This document shows, one piece after another, positions 50,613-58,562 of a stretch of DNA of 64,000 bases. This stretch comes from an uncultured Lachnospiraceae bacterium (GTDB lineage: Bacteria; Bacillota; Clostridia; Lachnospirales; Lachnospiraceae): the NCBI GenBank assembly GCA_947175055.1, contig CAMWLJ010000006.1:44-64043 (forward strand), in the 5' to 3' direction. The notes under the pieces are model-generated. The model was not told where the DNA came from, ran no database searches, and saw nothing but the letters and a program-made list of their open reading frames with translations. The position numbers and the translations under genes were made by a program. Position 1 is the first letter of the stretch. Each line of letters begins with the position of its first letter.

Positions 50613-51827
50613 ATGGAACAATACGCAGGTCGGAAAGCAACCGTACAGATCCGTGTGACGGATGAGAAGGGAAATGCAGTAGCAAACAGAGAATTTCAGG
50701 CCGAACTTAAGAATCATGATTTCTTGTTTGGCTGCGGAGCCTTTGATGCGATTCTGCTGACGAACGAGAAAAAGGAAGATGCGTTCTATGAGGAACGTAT
50801 GCGCAAATGGCTGGCGCTGTATAATTACGGCACCATGTCCTTTTACTGGGGCAGATATGAGGAACGGGAAAATGAGCCGGCGTTTGAAAGCCGCATGAAT
50901 GCGTCCGCCTATCTGAAAGCGCATGGGAAAACCATAAAAGGCCATCCACTGTGCTGGCATACCGTGTGTGCGGACTGGCTGATGCAATATGATAATAAGA
51001 CGATCCTGGACAAGCAGCTTGCAAGGATCGACAGGGATGTCAGGGCCTTTGCCGGTGTGATCGACATGTGGGATGTGATCAATGAGGTGGTCATCATGCC
51101 GGAGTTCGACAAATACGACAATGCAGTCACCAGAATCTGTAAGGAGTACGGACGCCTTAATCTCGTCAAAGAGGTTTTTGCCGCGGCGAAAGCGGCCAAT
51201 CCACAGTCGGTGCTTCTGATCAATGATTTTAACTTAAGTGACAGGTATGCGCAGCTGATCGCCGAATGCCTGGATGCCGGCGTGGCGATCGACGCGATCG
51301 GCCTGCAGACTCATCAGCACCAGGGTTATATGGGCAGGGAAAAGCTGGAAGAGATCGTGGAGCGGTTTGCCGGGTTTGGCCTGCCGCTGCACTTTACGGA
51401 GAATACGCTGGTGTCCGGTCATATTATGCCGTCCCACATTGTGGATCTGAACGATTACCAGATTCCCGCGTGGCCCACCACACCGGAGGGAGAGAAACGG
51501 CAGGCAGAAGAAATGGAAGACATGTATCGGTTTCTTTTTGCCCATCCTTCGGTGGAAGCGATCACCGGCTGGGACTTCACGGACGGCGCATGGCTGGGCG
51601 CGCCAAGCGGTGTGCTGCGGAAAGATAACAGCGAGAAACCGTCCTACCATATGTTGAAGGATCTGATCCACAGGGAATGGCATACGTCGGAGAAGCTTCA
51701 CACGGATGAGAACGGGATTGCGGCCCTTACCGGGTTTAAGGGAACTTATACCCTGACAGGAGAGAGCGGAAGCGGAGAATTTCATCTTGGCCAGGGGGAG
51801 GAGTGTGTTACGATCACGAGAGAGTAA
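50613..51827 (+). CDS. GH10 endo-1,4-beta-xylanase-like protein with no signal peptide
   Basis: KGHPLCWH, WDVINE (acid/base), INDFN, IGLQTH, LHFTE (nucleophile). Confidence 0.87.
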   Translation: MEQYAGRKATVQIRVTDEKGNAVANREFQAELKNHDFLFGCGAFDAILLTNEKKEDAFYEERMRKWLALYNYGTMSFYWGRYEERENEPAFESRMNASAYLKAHGKTIKGHPLCWHTVCADWLMQYDNKTILDKQLARIDRDVRAFAGVIDMWDVINEVVIMPEFDKYDNAVTRICKEYGRLNLVKEVFAAAKAANPQSVLLINDFNLSDRYAQLIAECLDAGVAIDAIGLQTHQHQGYMGREKLEEIVERFAGFGLPLHFTENTLVSGHIMPSHIVDLNDYQIPAWPTTPEGEKRQAEEMEDMYRFLFAHPSVEAITGWDFTDGAWLGAPSGVLRKDNSEKPSYHMLKDLIHREWHTSEKLHTDENGIAALTGFKGTYTLTGESGSGEFHLGQGEECVTITRE

Positions 51828-51877
51828 TGCAGGTAAGGTAAATCTTCTATACATAGCTTCATACATAGAGTGATCAG

Positions 51878-51915
51878 AAGGATCCTGCGTCGAGGTTGTG
51901 ACGCAGGGTCCTTTT
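51878..51915 (+). terminator. Intrinsic terminator after GH10
   Basis: AAGGATCCTGCGTC...GACGCAGGGTCCTTTT. Confidence 0.75.
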
Positions 51916-51984
51916 ATGTCTGTATGTTTGTATATTTGTGTTTTTAAAAGGCGTATGATAAGATTAGAAAATAGAGTGCAGGAG

Positions 51985-52124
51985 ATAGCTGACAGAAGGT
52001 AACTAGTAGAAGGTAGCTGAAAGAAGATAACTGGCAGAAGGTAACTGACAGAAGATAACTAACAGAAAGTAACTGGCAGAAGGTAACTGACAGAAAATAA
52101 CTAATAGAAGATAACTGATAGAAG
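51985..52124 (+). repeat. Tandem array of ten degenerate 14-bp units (RTARCTRVYAGAAR-like, consensus GTAACTGACAGAAG)
   Basis: Units start every 14 nt from 51985 to 52111, head to tail with no spacers. Confidence 0.92.
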
Positions 52125-52153
52125 CCGGCAGATAACAGGGAGAGCTTGGGAAA

Positions 52154-53926
52154 ATGGTGAAAAACATTGCTATTGGCAGTCAGAATTTTGAGAAGATCCG
52201 CAGGGCCGGATCCTTCTACATCGATAAGACAGATTTCATCAGAGAGTGGTGGGAGGAAAATGACGAGGTGACTCTCATTACGCGTCCGCGCCGTTTCGGG
52301 AAAACACTGAATATGAGCATGTTGGAGAGCTTTTTCTCTGTCAAATATGCTGGCTGCGGCAGTCTCTTTGAAGGGCTTTCCATATGGGAGGATGAGAAAT
52401 ACCGTGCACTGCAGGGATCTTACCCGGTAATCTTTCTCAGTCTGGCGGGCGTGAAAGCAAATAATTTCCGCGGCGCCAGAAACGGTATTGTGAAAGCGCT
52501 GGCTAATGCGTATGACGCACACAGATATTTAAAAGAGAGCGGCGTTCTGAATGCAGAGGAAGAGAAAAACTATGATGCACTGCGGAACTTTGACAGCGAT
52601 CCGTCTCCGGAGAAAGAGATAGACGAGCAGTTTGTGGCAGGCGCGCTCAATACCCTCTCCATGTATTTGGCGCGTTGTTATGACAAGAAGGTTTTGATCT
52701 TTCTGGATGAATATGATACGCCGCTGCAGGAAGCGTATGCGGCAGGATATTGGGAAGAATTGGCATCTCTTGTACGCAGCCTGTTCAATGCCTCTTTCAA
52801 GACGAATCCGTTTCTTGACCGCGCGGTGATGACCGGGATCACGAGAGTGGGCAAAGAGTCGATTTTCTCCGATCTGAACAATCTTGAGGTGATCACAACT
52901 ACAACGGAAAAATACAGTACCATGTTTGGATTTACGGAAAAGGAAGTGAAGACTGCACTGGAACAATTCGGTTTGGAGAACACGCTGGACAGAGTGCGGC
53001 GTTGGTATGACGGATTTCGATTCGGAAGCAGGAAGGATATCTATAATCCATGGTCTATTACGAAGTATCTGGACAGCGGGCAATTTGGTACCTACTGGGC
53101 TAATACCAGTTCAAACAGCCTGGTGAGCAGATTTATTCGGGAGGGTGAGCCTGATGTAAAAATAGCGACAGAGGATCTTCTGGCAGGAAAAAGTATTGAT
53201 ATGGCCATTGATGAAGAGGTGGTATTTAACCAACCGGAAGAGAACAGCGCTGCCATCTGGAGCCTGCTGCTTGCGTCAGGTTATTTGAAGGTTGATGGTG
53301 TTGTGCATGCCGGAGATGAAGAGGAAATGAAGTATACACTCTCTCTGACAAACCTTGAAGTCAGAAAGGAATTCGGCAGAATGGTCCGGAACTGGTTTCA
53401 GAAATCTTCAGCACGCTATAATGATTTTGTGAAGGCGCTTCTGGAAAATGATCTGGAGTATATGAATCTGTATATGAACAAAATGACAGAGGCTGTATTC
53501 AGTTCTTTTGATACGGGAAGACATCCTTCCGGGCAGACAGAGCCAGAGCGGTTTTACCATGGATTTGTACTGGGCCTGATCGCGGATGCCGGGCTGAATT
53601 ACAGGATCACATCCAATCGGGAAAGCGGATTCGGAAGATATGATGTGATGATGGAACCCAGAGACGGCGAAGGGGACGCCTATCTGTTTGAGTTTAAGGT
53701 GAAGAACCCTTCGTCGGAAGCTGCATTGGAAGACACAGTGCTAAGCGCGCTGAAGCAGATCAGGGAGAAGAATTACGACGCGGTATTGATCGACAGAGGG
53801 ATCGCGAAGGAGAAGATCCGACATTATGGGTTTGCCTTTGAAGGAAAAAGGGTTTTGATCGGAACGCGAGGACATTTCAAAGAAGGAAGATTTTGCCAGG
53901 ATGAGCGCCGTCTTGAAGAGATGTGA
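52154..53926 (+). CDS. AAA-ATPase-like protein with PD-(D/E)XK nuclease (DUF1703-type)
   Basis: FYIDKT, TRPRRFGKT, FLDEYDTP, YNPWS, ERFYHG, SNRESGFGRYD, FEFK. Confidence 0.88.
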   Translation: MVKNIAIGSQNFEKIRRAGSFYIDKTDFIREWWEENDEVTLITRPRRFGKTLNMSMLESFFSVKYAGCGSLFEGLSIWEDEKYRALQGSYPVIFLSLAGVKANNFRGARNGIVKALANAYDAHRYLKESGVLNAEEEKNYDALRNFDSDPSPEKEIDEQFVAGALNTLSMYLARCYDKKVLIFLDEYDTPLQEAYAAGYWEELASLVRSLFNASFKTNPFLDRAVMTGITRVGKESIFSDLNNLEVITTTTEKYSTMFGFTEKEVKTALEQFGLENTLDRVRRWYDGFRFGSRKDIYNPWSITKYLDSGQFGTYWANTSSNSLVSRFIREGEPDVKIATEDLLAGKSIDMAIDEEVVFNQPEENSAAIWSLLLASGYLKVDGVVHAGDEEEMKYTLSLTNLEVRKEFGRMVRNWFQKSSARYNDFVKALLENDLEYMNLYMNKMTEAVFSSFDTGRHPSGQTEPERFYHGFVLGLIADAGLNYRITSNRESGFGRYDVMMEPRDGEGDAYLFEFKVKNPSSEAALEDTVLSALKQIREKNYDAVLIDRGIAKEKIRHYGFAFEGKRVLIGTRGHFKEGRFCQDERRLEEM

Positions 53927-54009
53927 TGTAATTTGTTCCAGTATGGAGCTATCTATCAATTCTTAAAGATGCAGAATATCTTTAAATTCTAATATAGACT
54001 ATATATTTC
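53927..54009 (-). ncRNA. Candidate degenerate CRISPR mini-array (pseudo-repeat / 23-nt spacer / pseudo-repeat)
   Basis: Minus strand reads GAAATATATAGTCTATATTA-GAATTTAAAG, whose last 10 nt equal the 3' end of the array repeat, then ATATTCTGCATCTTTAAGAATTG, then ATAGATAGCTCCATACTGGAAC, which shares TAGATA and CA.A.TGGAA with the repeat. Confidence 0.4.
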
Positions 54010-54123
54010 TATTTTATCACCGACTATTCTTTTTACAAGTAATATTTATTTTGTGTTACAATCTTTATAATATACCCATATAGTGAATTTTATATAATTG
54101 CTATAAAACTAAGTAATCTGTTA

Positions 54124-54152
54124 TTGTAATATGAGTCCCTGCATGATATACT
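54124..54152 (+). promoter_or_regulatory. Putative cas operon promoter
   Basis: TTGTAA-17 nt-TATACT with an extended -10 TG. Confidence 0.6.
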
Positions 54153-54213
54153 CTGAGTAAATGATAAAAACAGTTTGGTTATAAAACGAATCGACAGGGA
54201 GGGAGTCAGGTAC

Positions 54214-54990
54214 ATGAGATTTAAGCTTGATTTTTCCACGGACAGGCCGGAACTTCCTATAGAATACCGCAGGCTTATACTCAGCTTCATTAAGAATGCT
54301 CTATCAAAGTCCATAAATGGTGATTTATTGGGGAAGTATTATACAGATACGAATACGAAAGATTTCACATGGACTTTGATCGTCAGGAAGCCTCACTTTA
54401 CGAAAGAGAAGCTGGAATTTGAGGGCAGTGGTTTTTCAGTGATTTTCTCGACGGATGACAAAGCGCAGACAGGAATGTATCTGATGCTTGCCTTTCTGAA
54501 TCAGAAGTATAAGAAATACCCAACAGAGGAAGACAACTTTGTTGTCTTAAAAAATATAATCCAGTTGAATCAGTATGAGATCAGAGACAATGCTGCCTGC
54601 TTTGCTACAATGCCGGGCTCCTCTGTCATAGTAAGGGATCACAACAGAGAAACCAACAGAGATACATATTATACTTGTTCCGATGAGGGATACTCGGATC
54701 AGTTTGAGATAGCGCTGCAGAACCAGGCAAGGATGGCCGGGTTTTCCGAACAGGATGTGAGAAGCATCAGGGTATGTTCCGTGGAGGGCCGTAAAATAGT
54801 GGTCAAACATTATGGTGTGTATATTGACGCATCAATCGCTGAATTTGTGATAGCTGCTCCGTATTATCTATTGCAGCACTTCTATTTAAACGGAATTTGC
54901 GGGAGGAGGAGTATGGGTTTCGGGATGATTGAATATAAGGGAGGAGTGGCGGATGATGGAAGGATTTACAGAGCATCTGGAGGCGAATGA
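54214..54990 (+). CDS. cas6: CRISPR endoribonuclease Cas6
   Basis: LPIEYRRLILSFIKNAL N-terminus and C-terminal G-rich loop GICGRRSMGFGM. First gene of the cas operon. Confidence 0.92.
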   Translation: MRFKLDFSTDRPELPIEYRRLILSFIKNALSKSINGDLLGKYYTDTNTKDFTWTLIVRKPHFTKEKLEFEGSGFSVIFSTDDKAQTGMYLMLAFLNQKYKKYPTEEDNFVVLKNIIQLNQYEIRDNAACFATMPGSSVIVRDHNRETNRDTYYTCSDEGYSDQFEIALQNQARMAGFSEQDVRSIRVCSVEGRKIVVKHYGVYIDASIAEFVIAAPYYLLQHFYLNGICGRRSMGFGMIEYKGGVADDGRIYRASGGE

Positions 54991-56389
54991 CTGGAAAGAT
55001 TCTGCTGCGATCGTCGGACTGATCAGATTTTTTGAATTTGCGGGCATATCTTATAATCGTACTGAAATATTTAATGAAGATGACTATGGATTTGAACAGG
55101 AATACAGGGAAGGATTTGACATTCTCAAATTCAATGCCGAAGAGATCACGGATGAAAGGCTGACAGAGTTTATTGAGAGTTATTTTTATGATGAGATGCA
55201 TCATTGCAGTGTCGAAGAAGTATTGAGCAGATCTGAGTGGTCGGAGAAAGAGATTGAGTTTGTCAATAAGAAGATGACTGCAAATACGGTGATGAAGAAG
55301 GTTTTTGCCAGGCAGAAGTTTGACGGTACGAACAAAGAGGCCATACTGGACCTTATACAGAATAATCGCAGCATGATCGTGAAGGAAACTTACAGGAATA
55401 AGACGAATTTATACAGGAATTTCTGTAATGAAAATATTTTTCAACACCCGGCAGGTGATACTGTCCGGCTGCGGGGATATTATGTGGATTTTGCAAAAAA
55501 AGGGAAATCCGTTTCGTACCGCCATGATACAAGATTGTTTCGATCGTCGGACAGTGCGTATTATGATTTTATTCCCTTTGCATTTACTATTGGACGGGAG
55601 TCCTTTTTTATCAATGACAATTATTCGATCAAACAGCTCTATCACACGAATAAGATGTTGAGAGAAAAATGCGAGGCGCAGAAGCAGAGGGGTGGGGCGG
55701 GAAGCCCGGATATCAGGAAAGTATTATTTGAAAATATTATCTATGCGGCAGACTTTATTGATTTTGATGTGGAGATCATCAAGAAGGATATCGAAAAGCC
55801 CTATTTTGAAACTTTCTTTTTGAGAAAGGACAGTATCGATATTTTCAGGGAGATCAAGAAATACGATATTTTTTGTTGGACGATCCGCAGGGGAGAAAGG
55901 ACTGTTTCCATACAGGAGAGTGTAACAGACGCGATCAGTAATCTGCAGCTTATGGATGGGTTGATTGAATTTTTACTCAGAGAAGATGTGCAGGAAGGCA
56001 GTGGACGTTATGTCGGATTGATAAGGAGGATCGTCGATTTGAATGCCCTGATCCGCAGGAAGGTGTATGACGGAGGTGAGAATATGAATAAGGGAATGCG
56101 CAGCGCATATGCAGGCGCCGAGAACGCGGTAAAGGTTCTGACGAGCAGAAATCAGAAGAATAAAATCAACTCTTACAGAGCAAAGTTATTGAGTGCCCTG
56201 GTCTTTAACGATCATAACAGATTTTCGGAAATATTGCTTAGTTTGTCTAATTTTACGGATGTGTATTTCCCGTTTGCCTATGATTTGTTTGAAGATTTTG
56301 AAGCGAATAAAGAGGTAGCCTATACTTTTGTCAATAATTTCAACGATTATCCGCGGGAGAAGGCAGAAGAGGAAACAAAGGACGAATAG
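54953..56389 (+). CDS. cas8: Type I-B large subunit Cas8 (Cst1-like)
   Basis: Lies between cas6 and cas7. W..SAAIVGL, RLRGYYVD..KKGKS, DFIPFAF, C-terminal YRAKLLSAL...AYTFVN small-subunit-like helical region. Confidence 0.82.
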   Translation: MMEGFTEHLEANDWKDSAAIVGLIRFFEFAGISYNRTEIFNEDDYGFEQEYREGFDILKFNAEEITDERLTEFIESYFYDEMHHCSVEEVLSRSEWSEKEIEFVNKKMTANTVMKKVFARQKFDGTNKEAILDLIQNNRSMIVKETYRNKTNLYRNFCNENIFQHPAGDTVRLRGYYVDFAKKGKSVSYRHDTRLFRSSDSAYYDFIPFAFTIGRESFFINDNYSIKQLYHTNKMLREKCEAQKQRGGAGSPDIRKVLFENIIYAADFIDFDVEIIKKDIEKPYFETFFLRKDSIDIFREIKKYDIFCWTIRRGERTVSIQESVTDAISNLQLMDGLIEFLLREDVQEGSGRYVGLIRRIVDLNALIRRKVYDGGENMNKGMRSAYAGAENAVKVLTSRNQKNKINSYRAKLLSALVFNDHNRFSEILLSLSNFTDVYFPFAYDLFEDFEANKEVAYTFVNNFNDYPREKAEEETKDE

Positions 56390-56413
56390 CTGTAAACAGA
56401 GAGGGAGAGGGTT

Positions 56414-57298
56414 ATGGATCGGAAGACAATTACATTAACTGTTGTGGCAAATATGACATCAAATTATTCGGAGAATCTGGGAAACATCGGGAGTGTACAG
56501 AAGGTTTACCGAAGGGGGCATGTATATGCTATTCGTAGCCGGGAAAGTCTGAAAAATGCGATTATGGTACAGAGCGGCATGTATGACGATCTTGTGACGA
56601 CGGTAGACGGCGCTACACAAAAGCAGGCAACTCCAGAGAGGAATGCGTCCAATAACAGAGCGCTGGAAGGCGGCTACATGACAACCGGAAAGGATACCTA
56701 CATACGTAACAGCTCCTTTTATTTAACGGATGCCGTGGCTTGTGAGCCGTTTGTGAATGAAACGCGTTTTCATAATAATCTGTATCTGGCTGGTAACTTT
56801 GCCAGAGCGAACGGATTGAACCTGCAGAAAGATGCTGGCAGAGCAGGACTGATACCCTATCAATATGAATATGATAAATCCCTGCGTGTATACAGCATAA
56901 CGATCGATCTGGATATGATCGGCAGAGATCCTAATTTTACGGAGGAAGAGGCGACGGGAGAAGAGAAGGCAGCGAGAGTGAACAGCCTGCTCAGTGCAGT
57001 AGAGAATCTCAGCCTGATCGTAAGAGGTAATCTGGATAATGCAGAGCCGGTGTTTGTTGTGGGAGGATTTTCTGACAGAAAAACGCATTATTTTGAAAAT
57101 GTTGTGAAGGTATTAGAAGGTAAACTTGTGTTGTCGGAAGATCTGGTTCAGAAACTGCAGCAGGGATATTCTTCGGCATTGCTTCGTGGACATAATTTCG
57201 ACAATGAAGAAGAGATTGTTGAGAAACTGCATCCGACCGGGGTTGCGGCTTTCTTTGACACACTGCGCAGTCAGGTGAAGGAATATTACAGCGTGTAG
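56414..57298 (+). CDS. cas7: Type I-B Cas7 (Cst2/DevR)
   Basis: SNYSENLGN, SRESLKNAI, LEGGYM, IRNSSFYLTDA, FHNNL, YSITIDLD, RGNLDNAEP. Confidence 0.9.
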   Translation: MDRKTITLTVVANMTSNYSENLGNIGSVQKVYRRGHVYAIRSRESLKNAIMVQSGMYDDLVTTVDGATQKQATPERNASNNRALEGGYMTTGKDTYIRNSSFYLTDAVACEPFVNETRFHNNLYLAGNFARANGLNLQKDAGRAGLIPYQYEYDKSLRVYSITIDLDMIGRDPNFTEEEATGEEKAARVNSLLSAVENLSLIVRGNLDNAEPVFVVGGFSDRKTHYFENVVKVLEGKLVLSEDLVQKLQQGYSSALLRGHNFDNEEEIVEKLHPTGVAAFFDTLRSQVKEYYSV

Positions 57299-57333
57299 AA
57301 GTATTATTTAAGGACGGAGGAAAAGGGGCGCAG

Positions 57334-58434
57334 ATGAGTAAAGATGCAATAAGATTTATTCTCCATCAGTCCAGTGCCAATTATCGTAAGCCTGAAACAT
57401 ATGAGAACAAAATGACATATCCGCTGCCGCCGTTTTCGACAGTGATCGGAGCGATCCATAAAGCCTGCGGGTATACAAGTACCCATAAGATGGACGTCAG
57501 CATTCAGGGCAGATATGCTTCTATGGGCAGGCGGTTGTACCGTGATCTGAATTTTATGAATTCAACTTTTGATGACAGAGGCATACTGGTAAAAATGACC
57601 AATGAGAGTATGCTCAGTACCGCTTTTGTAAAAGTCGCAGAGGCAAAAAAGCAGGGAAGCAGTTTTGAAAAAAGTGAAGATATTAAGGTGATCGATCAGG
57701 CGCTTCTGAAAGAATATCAAAAGCTGAAGGTGTTGGGAAGAGAAATTCAGCAGATGAAGAACGAACGATTAAAACCCGAGCTGGAAAGATTGAAAGCAGA
57801 AAAGAAGAAACTTTCCGGCCGTAAGAAACAGCTGGATAAACGTTCCGTGGAATACGAAGCTGTCAGAAGACAGGAAGAGGAAATACAGGATAAGATAAGG
57901 AAGACAGAAAGGGAGTTTTCGGAGTATGAGCAGAATGCTTTTTCCATTCCCTATTCTCGTTTTCGGGTTGTCACAGCCTCGGTCAAGCAGTATGAGATTT
58001 TATATGACATTGACCTTATTATTCATGTCACATCAGACGACAGACAGATAATGGAGGATGTTTTTCACAATGGCTATAATATGACAGCACTGGGGAGAAG
58101 CGAAGATTTTGTTACGATAGAGAGTGTGGATCGGGTTACGCTTTCCACAGGATATGAGGAGGAACTGACCTGCGACTATTCGGCATATGTGGACATTACA
58201 AATGTGAGAAAAGAGAAAATCTTTACGAGAGATCGTGATCAGCGTTTTCCGGCAATCGGGACGAAATATGCAATGCCGAAATTATATGCAATTAATGAAA
58301 ACGGACAAAGAGAGTTTGAGCTAAAGAATGTACTGTATGTATCTAGATTCCATGCGGCTGATTTTACACAGGAGGATGGGATTTATGTGGATTACAGGGA
58401 AGACGGCAGTTACTATATTGTAAATTTTGTGTAG
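57334..58434 (+). CDS. cas5: Type I-B Cas5 (long form)
   Basis: QSSANYRKP...TYPLPPFSTVIGAIH and LGRSEDF. 366 aa with a charged coiled-coil insert. Confidence 0.92.
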   Translation: MSKDAIRFILHQSSANYRKPETYENKMTYPLPPFSTVIGAIHKACGYTSTHKMDVSIQGRYASMGRRLYRDLNFMNSTFDDRGILVKMTNESMLSTAFVKVAEAKKQGSSFEKSEDIKVIDQALLKEYQKLKVLGREIQQMKNERLKPELERLKAEKKKLSGRKKQLDKRSVEYEAVRRQEEEIQDKIRKTEREFSEYEQNAFSIPYSRFRVVTASVKQYEILYDIDLIIHVTSDDRQIMEDVFHNGYNMTALGRSEDFVTIESVDRVTLSTGYEEELTCDYSAYVDITNVRKEKIFTRDRDQRFPAIGTKYAMPKLYAINENGQREFELKNVLYVSRFHAADFTQEDGIYVDYREDGSYYIVNFV

Positions 58435-58439
58435 AGTAA

Positions 58440-58477
58440 GGGCACGATTCTGCAATAGAATTGTGCCTGTTTATTTT
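58440..58477 (+). terminator. Terminator-like hairpin between cas5 and cas3
   Basis: GGGCACGATTCT-GCAAT-AGAATTGTGCCT followed by GTTTATTTT. Confidence 0.6.
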
Positions 58478-58562
58478 AAATAGCCGGCTTTGAGTCGGGT
58501 GGGTGAAATGGCTGTGCACATAAGTTATAGTAAACGACATAACAGAGAAAGGATGTTAAATC

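Noticed and set aside
51985-52124. The 14-bp array as a second CRISPR array
   Set aside because: The units are head to tail with no unique spacers and are unrelated to the 30-nt repeat.
51944-52522. 192-aa minus-strand ORF with LSVTFCQL repeats
   Set aside because: It is antisense to the AAA gene and reads through the 14-bp tandem array; most likely a shadow ORF.
58435-58444. First 10 nt of spacer 4 (AGTAAGGGCA) match the sequence right after the cas5 stop
   Set aside because: With 41 spacers and two strands of 64 kb, several 10-nt matches are expected by chance, and the match does not extend.
58530-58561. GTAAACGACATAACAGAGAAAGGATGTTAAAT as a degenerate CRISPR repeat before cas3
   Set aside because: The similarity needs gaps and is largely explained by the cas3 RBS (GAAAGGA); the 8-nt 3' handle is not conserved.
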